64,000 nucleotides of DNA from Eledone cirrhosa. Its lineage: Eukaryota. Positions within the stretch are counted from its first letter, which is position 1, and the number at the start of each line of letters is the position of its first letter. This document shows, piece by piece, positions 27,373 to 40,439 of this stretch. The stretch is taken from assembly GCA_964016885.1 (NCBI GenBank), contig OZ024746.1, positions 82,460,001 to 82,524,000 of the forward strand. The letters are read 5' to 3'. Position numbers and translations under genes: made by a program. The notes below the pieces were generated by a model, which was not told the origin of the DNA, did no database searches, and saw only the letters and a program-made list of their open reading frames with translations.

Positions 27373-29565
27373 CATCATCATCATCATCACCGTTTTACGT
27401 CCGTTCTTCCACGCTAGCATGGGTTAGACGGGTTGTCCTGTTGTGGGCAGTGTCTGGTCGGCTGACCATGCCTTGCTCATACAGGAACTGATCTGGCTTG
27501 ATTTCTACAGCTGGATGCCCTTCCTAACACCAACCTCATTTACAGTGAGTGCTGGGTGCTTTTTCGTGGCGCCTACACGTCCACTTTACAGTGTGGGCTG
27601 GGTGCTTTTTTGCCGTGGCACCTCCACGACCACCTTGCGGTGGGGGGGGGGGGGGGCATATTGTTTATATGCTCCAGCATGTACCCATGGGAGGTCGGGT
27701 ACCCTGTATTACTGCGTGACGCCAGAAGTCACGGTCGTGTGTCATTGACTTTGAGAGGTGTAGTTGGGTAAGGTCGGCTTTTATCACCTCATCCCAAGTC
27801 ATCTTGGGTCTCCCCACTCCGCGGTTTCCATCAACTTCTAGTGCTCTGCACCTTTTTATGCAGCTGTCATCCTTCATACGCATCACATGTCCATACCAGC
27901 GTAACCGCCTCTCCTGCACGCAGCATTTGATTCCTCTTATGCTCAGTCTCTCTCTCAATTCATTTATGCTTTGTCGTTCAAGTATATTACTGTTACACAT
28001 CCATCGGAGCATGCAGGCTTCGTTTCTCTCTAATCTACGTAAGTCTTCCACCTTCAGCGCCCAGGTCTCACTACCATGCAACATCGCTGTTCGGATACAC
28101 GCATCATACAGTCTGCCTTTCATTCTGAGGGAGAAGCCTTTTGCAGCTAGCAGTGGTAGTAGTTCCCTAAACTTCTTCCATCCCGTTCTTACCCTAGTTA
28201 TTGTACTTTCTGAGCACCCACCTCCGTTGCTAATTTGGTCACCTAGGTAGCAGAAGCTGTCTACTGTTTCTACAGGGCCCTCCCAGAGATTGGTGGTACT
28301 TGTTTCCTGTGGCTGTTTGCTTGCTGTTTCAGCACAGCTGCTGCATGTGAATCCTACATTCTTAATTAAGCTTCCTGAGATCCCGCTACATCTCTTGTGT
28401 ACCCATTGTTTGCATTTGGGGCAAAGAATGGAGTTCCTACCTACACCTTTCCTACATACTGAGCAAGGCCATTTCCCTGAGGGGATCTGGGTTCTGTTTT
28501 CTCGTCTACTTATAAGGACCTTAGTCTTTGTCATGTTGACTTTGAGGCCCTTTCTCTCTAGTCCCTGCTTCCAGGTTTGGAATTTATTCTCTAGTTCTAC
28601 CATAGATTCAGCTATGAGTGCGAGGTCATCAGCATACAGGAGTTCCCATGGGCATCCGGTCTTAAACTCCTCCGTTATTGCCTGCAGGACTATGATGAAC
28701 AGGAGAGGGCTAAGAACAGAGCCCTGGTGGACCCCAACCTGTACGCTAAATTCCTCGCTATACTCATTGCCAATCCTAACTTTGCTGACTGCTCCCCTAT
28801 ACATGGCTTGTACCGCTTTCACAAGCCATTCATCTACTCCTAGTTTTCTAAGAGCCCACCAGATTACTGCACGTGGAACTCTGTCAAAGGCTTTCTCAAG
28901 GTCGACAAATGCCAAGTAGAGTGGCTTACTTTTAGCTAGGTACTTTTCCTGTAATTGCCTCACAAGGAAGAGCGCATCAGTGGTGCCTTTCCCTGGTACA
29001 AACCCAAATTGCATCTCGTCTATATTCACCCGGTCCCTAATCAGCTGTGCTATAACTCTTTCTGTTACTTTCATGACCTGGTCCATCAACTTTATACCTC
29101 TATAGTTTCCTCTATCTAGTGCATCGCCTTTACCTTTGTAGCAGTTGACAATGATGCTACTGCACCAATCTTTTGGTATGGCCCCCTCTAGTATTACCTG
29201 GTTAACGATACATGTGGTTATAGTGTGACCTACAGACCCAGATGCCTTCAGCATCTCGGCAGCTATACCCGATGGACCGGTTGCCTTCCCTATCTTCATA
29301 TCTCTGATTGCCTTACTTACTACGCTGCCGCTGACTTGTACTGCTGGTCCCTCTATAGGGTCTACGTGGGGTAGGGTCTCTTCTTCCCATGCATTCTCCT
29401 CATTTAGTAATCTATCATAATGACTCTTCCATGCATCTTTCTTCTCAGCACTTGTGAGGGCAAGCTCACCTTTATCATTCCGGATACACTTCTCTCCAAT
29501 GACATCACAACTATCTCTGACACACTGCCTCGCAATCTTGAATACCTCCTGTTTCTGGTCCTGTT
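27373..29565 (-). mobile_element. 5'-truncated young RTE LINE with intact RT-PHD-C-terminal frame, copy B, in the last intron of CFAP410
   Basis: 544-aa ORF 27665-29299 with NYRGIKL, QFGF, FVDLEKAFD, GVHQGSVLSP, YADD, a C4HC3 finger, FCYLG and WYGHVMR; complete 3'UTR and (GAT)n tail; abuts a SINE at about 27207-27372. Confidence 0.95.
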
Positions 29566-32500
29566 TCTGATTCTTCCTCTATATCTCTTTCTCACTTCCA
29601 TTCTCTTACACTTTATCCTTCTCTGGAAGAAATCGGCTGTAGTTAAACCTGGAAAGGAAATGGGCTCTGCCAGATTTTTTAAATGTCCTAGAAACGTCCT
29701 ACAACTCCCTCACAAGTTATGGGACAATACATGCAATACAAAATCTTCACCTAATCATCACAGCTAAGACCATGCTGGAACACTGTATTTATGTACATTT
29801 TTTTTTTAATGTCTTTTTTAGAAATTAACTTGTAGATTACACAAACTAAGGAGTGAAAATTTTATTGAGCAGATTTGTGTATTCCTTTCTAACATGTCAC
29901 AGTTCTCACACCACCTTCATATCATTCTTTTTTGTTTTGCATCATTTGCTTTTTATGTTTGTTTTTTCCACATTTGTATAAAGAGAAATCAGTAACAAGG
30001 AGAAAGAGGACTGTTTAGTCAAGTCAAAAACCTGACACTCTCTCTAGGGCTGTTGTCACAATAAAATGCACTCAGTATATTCTGTAACATGGTTGGCATT
30101 AGAAGGACATCTAGTTGTGGAAACCTTGCCAAAAACAGGTAGGGAGTACTCTTCAGCCATGTCAAGGACTTGGCAACCTCCCTACTATTGACACTATGAT
30201 AAAATACACCTAGTACACGTGGTTGGCATTAAGAAAGGTATCCAGCCATAAAAAAAACTGTCAAAACTGGAATGTATGTAAGCAAAATTTGATCCCCTGA
30301 CTTGTCTAGGGGAATAGTAGGTTTGATTAAGTACTGACATTGTCTGAACGACCTGTATAATCTATGTCAGCATGGAAAAACGAACATAAAATAAAGGTGA
30401 TAGGTTTTTCTTCTTTTAGAGCAATTGCTTTTATTCATGGATACCCTTTCTACTACTGACTACTTTATTTTGTTTGTAAAGTAGACTGAAGCAGACAGGT
30501 ATTTGTGCCTTGCTTATAATTTGTTTATCCATATTCTTTACCCTAGTATGGGTTGGACACACCTGTAAGAGAGTATTACTCTCTCTCTCTCTCTCTCTGT
30601 CTCCCCATGTTGTGAAGCCTAATGTGATGTGTGTATCATTGCCAATGTTTCCTAATATTTTGCTGTTACCTCATCCATGACATTTCATTAACATAATACA
30701 ATGCTATCCCTAGCTCCATTTCAAGTTCTTGATTATGTCATAGGACTTCTCTTCTATTTTTTGCAATCTGTTCTTTTCCACTTTATTCATAACTAAGCTA
30801 CTCCAGTTGATTTGATGTCACCCAACCTACCCACTGATTCTTTTTCTGTGAGAGTTTTCTCAGAATTCTCTTTTACTTATTCCTTGTTTACACTGACTCC
30901 TCTTACTACTTAGTACCTTAGTTTCAGCCATACCCTCTTAAACATATTTTTAATAACTTCATAATCTCTACAGTTCTTCAACAGATTTTGTAATGAGAAT
31001 TAGCTTGTTGATATACAGTCATTCTCATAGTCATACAGTGTTGAAAATTTGTGTCATTATCTTTCCTTCCTTCTGGCTTTGTGCCAAAAGTCGAAACAAT
31101 TATCTTTCCTTCCTTCTTCTTTGTCGCCCGCTAATTCCTGAGAAGGTCATGGGGGAAAAGTCCTCAGATACCCCTTCCAGCAGGTCCTGTCAGAAGCAAT
31201 CATCACCAACTGATCCGGTTGGATCCTCAAGCAAGACAAGCCAACCATCTTGCTCTGGGTCTCTTGCCGGTTGGTTTTGTGCGTAAAATCTGTTCATTTT
31301 TTCATGAGACATTCTAATCACTTTACTACTAGTTAGACTAATACAATATGGGTTAATTGTCTTTACAGAAGCCATATGTATCCCAGCATTTGAAATATGT
31401 ACATCATACTCTGCATGTCATCTTATGACTAAAAGGGTTGGCTTCAAGAAGGGTATCTGGATGTAGAACATTGTCCGAAAACATCCCGTCCAACCCATGC
31501 CTGAATAGAAAAATGGATATAAAATGAGGATTATGATGTGAAGCAATGAATATTGCCAAGGACCTTTGCAAACTATTTATTCATTAACCAGAAACCTAAT
31601 AATTTGCCCATAAAAATATTCCATTACTTGTTTGTTCATATAAATTTGTGAAGAAATTGAAATAACAATTATAGGTATTGTGTCTATTTAACCAATTTAT
31701 TTATCAAAGATTTCCCTTTACTTTGCTTACTATTTACACTTGTATTTCTTATCCATTGTTATTTTGTTGAAAACATACCTAAACTCTTTTTAGCACATCT
31801 CATATTTCGATGCAAATTGTGTGTACTTCAATAACAGATTAAACAGAAAAATTGTATTTTTACTTCTAAATATATTTGTGTATATATTTGTCTAAATCTA
31901 TGAAATGATTGTATTTATGTATATACATTTCTTTAATATGTACATATATATCAAAGAAACACACTACACCCTACCTACTCAAGGACACTACACAAACTGA
32001 AACCTCCAAACTTCCTACAAATGCTACCTTTCACAATCTCTTAACTTTTGTTGTGAGCACATATGAGATAGCCAACATGACATCCAAAAAGCTAAGATTC
32101 CCTTTCAAGGTTAGAACATTCTTAGTCTTTAACCTGTTGTTAATCATCTGCAAAGAACAAGATCAATCTACACTATGGTGCAGCTTATACACATATAAAC
32201 ATTCTTGACTTTATCTTTAAAATAATTGAGAAGTGAAGCTGGCTGTTTTATAAACCTACACTCACCAATATGCAACAACCATGTGTCTGCTACTGTACTT
32301 AAAATGGTTTCTGATCTCCTGAATTAACAAGTTCTGTAGAATATAATGTAACTACCTCTCTTCTTCCTGTTATTACAACTGTCTTATCCACACTGACAGC
32401 ATTTTAAATAATTTGTTCAATCTTTCCCATTAGAACTGCACCCCACCTGCACTCCCCCATATGGATTCCAAAATCTCAAACTGACTAGTGATGCATTAAT

Positions 32501-33414
32501 AGGTTCATCTAAATTTTTAAGCATTGCAAATCTAAAACCATTACACTTGATATGAGGAAAGATTTTCAAAACTGGCATACAAAACACATAGTCAAACTTG
32601 CTTCCTACAAATTATACCAAGAACTAACTATATAGATCTAATACTGGTCAGCTCATTTCTGCCCACTTCTTCAATATTCACTGAATCACAAGCCTGATCA
32701 ATCTTGGTACCCTTTTCCCTAAGCTCTGTAATCCTCAATATTATTTTCTTTTTCACTAAATAACCATAACTATTCTGTCAATTACCACCTGTCATGTTCA
32801 CTCCCAAACAAATACCCTAACTTTCCATTCTGTTCTCCTTTAAATTCAGCCTCTTGTTCACTGGGAATGTTAATAGTTTTTGTCATATCTTTTTCATACA
32901 TTTTTCAGTATGACCCAACAATCTAATCATTTTTTATTATTCTAAGTGTTACTTATTTCTATGAAAAATCTACATTGGATTCCAGTTTCTCTTGAACAAC
33001 TCTGCAGCTTTCAGTATCCTGATGAATTAGTAAGCTGTGTACAAATTTTGCCCAAATTGACTCAATGCATCTGTCGCTATCATCCCTAAATCCTGGACTA
33101 AACTCTTTGTTCAGTTTGACTGCGTCCCTCCCCATACACACACACTCCAGAACTACAACAGCCCTTTAGAACACACTACCTGTTCACATTTTATTGACCT
33201 ACTGCAGTTATTTCTGAATATTAACCACATTCGCCTCAGTAGAATATCAACTTCTCTTGGATGTTCTATATTCTCATCAAAGAGACTTGGATCTCCTCTT
33301 CAGGTTCAACAATAATTTCAACCATGAAAAACTATTGCTTCTACATGTCCCACTATGGATTACGATTCTCATTTTAAATAGCACACATTTTGGTTCCTGA
33401 GACATTATTTAGAA

Positions 33415-35717
33415 TAAAGGGGAGAAAGACAGTCTCCCCCACATCGACCCAATAGAGGGACCAGCAGTGTTAGTCGAAGGTAGTATAATAAGTAAGGCAA
33501 TCAAAGATATGAAGGCGGGTAAGGCGGCTGGGCCTTCGGAAATAGTTGCTGAGATGCTGAAAGCCTCTGGAACGGTGGGACACACCATGGTCTCCCGGAT
33601 AGTAAACCAAGTCATACAGAATGGGGTTGTTCCGAAGGACTGGCGTAGAAGCATCATCATTAACTGTTACAAGGGTAAAGGAGATGCCCTAGATAGGTGT
33701 AACTATAGAGGCATTAAATTAATCGACCAGGTCATGAAGGTCACGGAAAAAGTAATAGCGCAACTAATCAGAGAGAGAATTGATCTAGATGAAATGCAGT
33801 TCGGGTTTGTGTCAAGTAAAAGTACCACAGACGCTCTTTTCATTGTACGACAACTACAGGAGAAGTACCTAGCTAAAAGTAAACCCCTATACTTAGCTTT
33901 TGTTGACTTGGAGAAAGCCTTCGACAGAGTCCCCCGTTCCATTATCTGGTGGGCTCTTAGAAAACTAGGTGTTGACGAATGGCTTGTCAGAGCTATACAA
34001 GCCATGTATAAAGAAACAGTCAGCAAGGTTAGAATTAACAACGAATATAGTGAAGAGTTTAGCGTAAAAGTTGGTGTCCATCAGGGCTCTGTTCTTAGCC
34101 CCCTCCTATTTATTATTGCCCTTCAGGCTATAACAGAGGAGTTCAAGACCGGCTGCCCATGGGAACTCCTATACGCAGATGATCTAACGCTCATAGCTGA
34201 ATCAATGGCCGAGCTAGAGAAGAAATTCCAAACATGGAAGCACGGCCTAGAATCAAAAGGCCTTAAAATTAACCTGGCTAAGACTAAAGTTCTAGTTTGT
34301 AGGAAAGAAAATAAGGCGCCGGTCCCTTCCGGGAAATGGCCATGCTCAGTGTGTAGGAAAGGCGTAGGTAGAAACTCCATTTTATGTCCCAAATGCAAAG
34401 TATGGGTGCATAAAATATGTAGTGGGATCACAGGTAAGCTTACTAAGAACATAGATTTTACATGTGGCCGGTGCTCTGGTGCAATAAGTAGCAGCAAGTG
34501 CCCACAAAATACTAGCTCTTTCAATTGCGCAGAGGGTTCTATAGAAATAGTGGACAGCTTCCGTTACCTGGGCGACAAAATCAGCAGTGGGGGAGGGTGC
34601 TCTGAAAGTACAGTGGCTAGAGTCAGAACTGGTTGGAAAAAGTTCAGAGAGCTTATACCACTATTAGCCGCTAAAGGGTTCTCCCTAAGAATGAAAGGCA
34701 GGTTGTATGATGCCTGCATACGAACAGCAATGTTGCATGGCAGTGAGACCTGGGCATTGTGTGCAGAGGATATACGCAGACTAGAGAGGAACGAAGCTTG
34801 CATGCTCCGCTGGATGTGTAATAGTAACATACGTGAACGGCAAAGCATAAGCAAACTAAGGAAAAAATTAGAAATAAGGGGGATCAGATGTTGTTTACTC
34901 GAGAGTAGGCTACGTTGGTATGGTCACGTGATGCGCATGAAAGACGACAGCTGTATAACAAAGTGCAGGGCAATAAAGATAGACGGTAGCTACGGAGTAG
35001 GCAGACCCAGAAAAACCTGGGACGAGCTGATAAATTCTGACCTCACACACTTACACCTCTCCAAGACAATGTCACTGGACCGAGACCTTTGGCGGTACTC
35101 AGTAATAGAGAAGACCCGCCTTACCTAAATACAAAGTAAAGCCTACTACAGCCAGTAGGCATCTCTAACAAAATACACCCCCGTCCCACCACCCCCCACC
35201 CCATCCACACCGCCCCTTCAATGTAAAGTTATGTTGGTGCCACAACATCCAGGCTGAAACAAATGAGATCGTGTAGACACAGTCCACGCTGTAATGTGGC
35301 CGTGTAGGCAACATGGTAAAAACCTCCCAGCCCCACACTGTAAATGTGGTTGGTGTTAGGAAGGGCATCCAGCTGTAGAAAACCTGCCAGACAGTCCACG
35401 CTGTAATGTGGCCGTGTAGGCAACACGGTAAAAACCTCCCAGCCCCACACTGTAAATGTGGTTGGTGTTAGGAAGGGCATCCAGCTGTAGAAAACCTGCC
35501 AGACAGTCCACGCTGTAATGTGGCCGTGTAGGCAACACGGTAAAAACCTCCCAGCCCCACACTGTAAATGTGGTTGGTGTTAGGAAGGGCATCCAGCTGT
35601 AGAAAACCCGCCAGATAGTCCTATGCGAGCAAGACAATCACTCTTGCCTCAAGTGGGAAAACCCCCGTCCAAACCCATGCAAGCATGGAACACGGACGTT
35701 AAACGTTGATGATGATG
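33415..35717 (+). mobile_element. 5'-truncated RTE LINE (sister subfamily) with intact RT-PHD frame, copy C
   Basis: 553-aa ORF 33467-35128 with the same motifs as copy B; 3' hairpin ccatgcaagcatgg and (GAT)n tail. Confidence 0.95.
35281..35616 (+). repeat. Three tandem near-identical 112-bp units in the 3'UTR of LINE copy C
   Basis: agtccacgctgtaatgtggcc... begins at 35281, 35393 and 35505. Confidence 0.9.
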
Positions 35718-36023
35718 AAAGATTGAGGAATATACTTCTCTTTACCATCTACACTTTACTCTACTCCCTAATTAACTAAATTTGTTCCCACTGCTTCTTA
35801 TCCATGTTCTGAAGGAAATACTTCTCCTCAGACACATGAATAACATACAATATATTCAACAGTGTGTATACAGAGACGATCTCACAAATGTCACTGAGGT
35901 GATAAAGTTAATATAAAGAAGAGTGTGCTCATGGGTGAATATGCTAAAAATTAGGGTGAAAACTCTTAATGACGTTGAAAGAATTGAACGCCATATCTCC
36001 CAGATATAAGCTAGGTGCTTTAA

Positions 36024-36231
36024 CCCTTTAGCATTTACATTAACCTATATTTACTATTGTATTTTCACAGTTAAGTTTTTATCTTGCATAATATTGAATC
36101 TATGAGATTTTGATATTATTTATTTTGAGAATAATACCTTAACATCAGTATAAGTGGCCAGTTACGGCCGGTTTGAACAGAAAGAGGTGAGATAATTCTG
36201 GCCGGATGTGGCCAGTTTAAATGCTAAAGGG
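36024..36231. mobile_element. piggyBac-type MITE, complete copy
   Basis: TTAA TSD at 36020-36023 and 36232-36235; perfect 14-bp TIRs. Confidence 0.88.
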
Positions 36232-36754
36232 TTAAATCATTAAGCCAAGGGACCGTGACAAGTCTTACTGTCTTTTGGATAGCTGAATCACAGCTTTTTA
36301 AATGTCAACAAACATCATGTATCATCATTTCATTTTACGTCCGCTTTTCCCTGCTTGCAAGGGTGGGATGGGAACTGATTCTGGCTTGATTTCTACAGCT
36401 GGATGCCCTTCCTAACACCAACCTCATTTACAGTGAGTGCTGGGTGCTCTTTTGCTGTGGCACCTCTATGACCACTTTGCAGTGGGATGATAGGAACCCT
36501 AGTCCCTATCATCTCATTTCTACAGCTGAGTAAACTGGAGCAATGTGAAATAAAGTGTCTTGCTCAAGGACACAAGACATCACCCGGTCCTAGAATTGAA
36601 CTCACAACCTTTCAATTGCAAGCCTAATGCTCTAACCACTAAGCCATGCGCCTTCATGTATACATAACCAAATACAATTTGAAGGTAAGAAATGTAAAAT
36701 CTTTGCATTAATCTACTGATTAAATATAATTTAAAATGCTTCTTTCTTTTTCAG

Positions 36755-36874
36755 AACAATCATATCCTTCAAGCTGTATTTGAACTTATCAAGGAATTGG
36801 ATGAAAGTTCTTTGATGGAAATACAAAAAGACATTGAATTTCGACTACAAGCCATAAAGGCTTTTAAAAATTAG
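36755..36874 (+). CDS. CFAP410: CFAP410 last coding exon (C-terminal helical domain)
   Basis: ttctttctttttcag acceptor; NNHILQAVFELIKELDESSLMEIQKDIEFRLQAIKAFKN* resembles human [33 protein letters not shown]; stop TAG at 36872-36874. Confidence 0.9.
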   Translation, partial: NNHILQAVFELIKELDESSLMEIQKDIEFRLQAIKAFKN

Positions 36875-39800
36875 ATTAACAAATGATTGTGCTTGTCTGA
36901 TATGTTTATCAAAAAGAAAGTATTGTATTTTTCTGTGTTGCTTAACTGCCAAAATATGGTGAATATTTTGCCATATTATTGTCAATCTACAAATTGATGT
37001 GTGTCTGACCTCTTTGATGTGATTTCAAAGGAATTTAGTTTTTGGTTTATTTTTATTAATTAGATTTGCTCATCTAATGCTATTTTGAAGCTTTGTTTAG
37101 TTTTGTTTCATTGTTATTTTCTTACTATAAGAAAATTATTTTTTTACCAAAAATGCTTTAAAAATTATATACATTTTTTTTACATATATGCTTTTGACTG
37201 GCTGGCATTTAAATTTTACATATTATTTGTGCTCCAATTATGTTTTGAAATGTATTGTTGCTTTCAATTCAGTGTGCTATTTTGAATCGTTTGTACTGGT
37301 TATTATCCTCATGTTCTCATTTGTGACCAATACTCTAATCACACTAGACTTATTTTTCATCTTTAAACCCAGCTTTTATTTAGCCATCTATGTTTCTGAT
37401 CCCATTTGGAATCATTCTCTACTACCTTATCAGGTCTGCATACTTCATATCTTCTTACCATATATTAACCATTAATTCCTGTATCTTATGGCTAACTAGT
37501 CAACTGGGCTGGTGCTAGAGTACTCAGCAGCCTAGGTTAACCCTACCATGCACGCCCCATTCTCCATTTATTTTCTACAACTTCCTGCCAAAATTTGAAA
37601 TGGTTCACAACAAATCATATGATGGGTCATAACAAGACATGACTTTCTTGTCTCCCTTGTCCTCCATCCTTCTTTTTTCCGGAAGTGACTTCAGCTGTAG
37701 CTTCTATCTTTATTATTATATTTTCATGTTTTTAGTTGGATTAAGAAATTTTGTCCAAGTTATTCAGAATTTCTGAATACATACCAAGAAAATAATGATG
37801 ATCAACATGCAACTAAAACTCTCAAGTTTGCTACAAATTCCCATCTCTGGTGATCTGGTAATGGTAACCTCTCATAATTAACATTTTCACAGTAAATATT
37901 TTAGCTTTGATCAGTTATTGTCTCACCACAATTTAAAAAAACTGTTTGGTTGATTGGTTAAAGATTCCCTAACCAGCATGCTACAACAACTAGCTCTTGA
38001 GCCAACTAAGAGCCTTCACATGGTCGCTCAAACTGCTAGAAATAGCAGCAAAATATCCCTCAAATCACACTATTGTCTTAAAATGTAGTCTGTTTACATG
38101 TTCACATAAGACAAAGATAGGATAGTTGTGGCTGGAATGTCTTTGATCATAGGTCTGCTTAATTAGAGTTGACAATGGTCTAAACAACAACCATTAACTT
38201 ACTATTCATACATTCTATTTGTTCTACTACAGCAACAGTATCTTCTCTTCCTCCATATCATGTTTCATACCACCCCCACCTGATGCATTCATGTCTCTTT
38301 GACCCATCAGTCTTACTTTGTCTCTCACACCCTTGCCTCATGTTTTGTTACAGATGTCAATGTATGGAAAATCAAACTAAATATCAACTGCTTGGGAAGA
38401 GCCAACAAAAGTCATTTATATGGCTTTTCCTCTATAATTAATAAATAAATAAATAAATTATTTTGTTGATTTATTTTTCTTTGACATAATATTTAGAATT
38501 AGCTTTGTATTTGTATGTATCTGTAATTCTTAGTGGAATCGTAGGAACACTGCAGTGACATACAGCATTTCTTGGGCATTTTTTAAACCAGGTAGAACCC
38601 ATCACCTCTCAAGGTCTGAAAACAGAGGGAAACATAGAGAAGTGAGAAAGAGATGGAGGAATAATTAATTAACCTCAATAGTGAACTGGTATTTTTTTTT
38701 TTTTTTTTATACCTCGAAAGGCGAAGTTGACTTCATTGGGATTTAAACTCAGAGTGCTGAGTCAGAATATATACCGCAAAGTATTCTATCCAATATTCTA
38801 ATGGATCTGCTAATTTACCACCTGAGAATTAGCATTAAAACAGCAATAAATTGGCAGAGTCATTAGAGTAGGGGAGGGGGGAAAATACCTTGCAGTTTTT
38901 GTTCTGGCTCTGTGCACAGTGAGTTCAAATCCCACCAAGGTAAACTTTGCCTTCTACCCCTTGGATGAACTAGCAACATTTTTATAATGTCATTCAAGAT
39001 GCATTCTGAAGTGGTAAACAATACTTTGCCCAGTGTCTGTTGCAGAGTTCACACTATTGCAAGCATTCTGGTTAAATCTCTGGTTTGACACCTATTATAT
39101 TCTTACAGAACCATCCTTCACTTCTCTCCATCCCCAAATCAAACACTTATGAAATAATATGATAATCTCAGAATTAAGTGGAATTAATTCAAAAGAGAGT
39201 TTATGCAATATGTACATTCATAAAATCAATTTATTATCAAAGAACAAATTTTAAGTAATAAAAATATATAGTATTTTTTTTTTAAATCATGAAATAACCT
39301 ATTTTTATCAACAATGAACCACAATATACAAATGCTTTAAATGTTATCAGTGTCCATTGTTAGATATCATAAGCAGATAAATTACCTTACATTGATAGTT
39401 TAAGCCTTTAGCATTTACATTATTCTATATTTATTTTTGTATATTCATGGTAAAAGCTATATTGCTGAATATGTTTTATCTTTTAACAAGCTGTCCTTGA
39501 TATTTTAAAATAAAATGTTTTGCAAATTTCTAGATGAATGAAGGCTAAACATTATAGGATTGTAAACTGCAGTTAAAACTAGTTCATTTACAATTTATTG
39601 AAAAACAATACTTCACTAGCTACAGTATACTCAATAATACATCAATACCTATTAGGAGAAAAGTAAGATCAAATAAATGATCTTACTAATGATTAATAAA
39701 AAGTTTCATACCTACTAATAGAATGACTATAAGATGAGCATTTGTGAGTTTGAGTCGTAGGCCTTATTGTTCCTCGATGTACATCATGTTTTTCTACAAT

Positions 39801-40439
39801 GTCTTCTTGATTTGAATTTTTTTAAATATATAGTAAAGAGAACGATAGATCAATAGGTTAAAATCCTAAGCTAAATAATCATGTATCATTCTTCATTGTA
39901 ATTTTTTCTTTCTTAATCAAAAGCATTATTTCAAAGACCAAGATCATAAACTTTAGCAAATATATATATATATATATATATTAATATCTTTAATCACTCT
40001 TATACTTTTATAATAAAAAAAAATTATACAATATTTTTAAAAAATTACTTATATTGGCTGTTGGTCATATGAAACATTGCTGAACAGGAATTGGTTAGTT
40101 TTTTTTGTTTTTTTTTTCAATTTTATATCTAATTAACTATTTTACATGTTAAACTTTTCATAATTTTATCGAATATCTACCGCTAATCATTTTTCAACCT
40201 TCTGCATAGTTCCATGGGACCCTGGTGATCTATATTGACTACTTCGTGGAAATTATAAGATACTGTTGAAATTTGTAATTAAATATTTAGAGTTATTCCC
40301 CTTCGTTGTTCGCTAAGCGTAATATTTTTAAGAGTTATAACCCTTGGGTTGTTTATCCTAACAATGTTTGAGGCAAATGAAATTAAATAAGCTTCATGTT
40401 GAACAATACAAGATTTATTTATCCAAATTCGAATAAGAA

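Noticed and set aside
27804-28919. Long + strand ORFs (148 and 209 aa) and similar ones at 17318-18828 and 33703-34854
   Set aside because: Antisense shadows of the LINE ORF with no independent motifs.
27665-35128. Reverse transcriptases as a retron, DGR, group II intron or defence system
   Set aside because: The motifs, the APE endonuclease in copy A, the 5' truncation and the (GAT)n tails identify eukaryotic RTE non-LTR retrotransposons inside spliceosomal introns.
35281-35616. CRISPR-like array
   Set aside because: Contiguous 112-bp units with no unique spacers, inside a LINE 3'UTR, with no cas genes.
38437-38460. AATAAA cluster as the CFAP410 polyadenylation signal
   Set aside because: Part of an (AAAT)n run in very AT-rich DNA; cannot be told from chance without 3'-end data.
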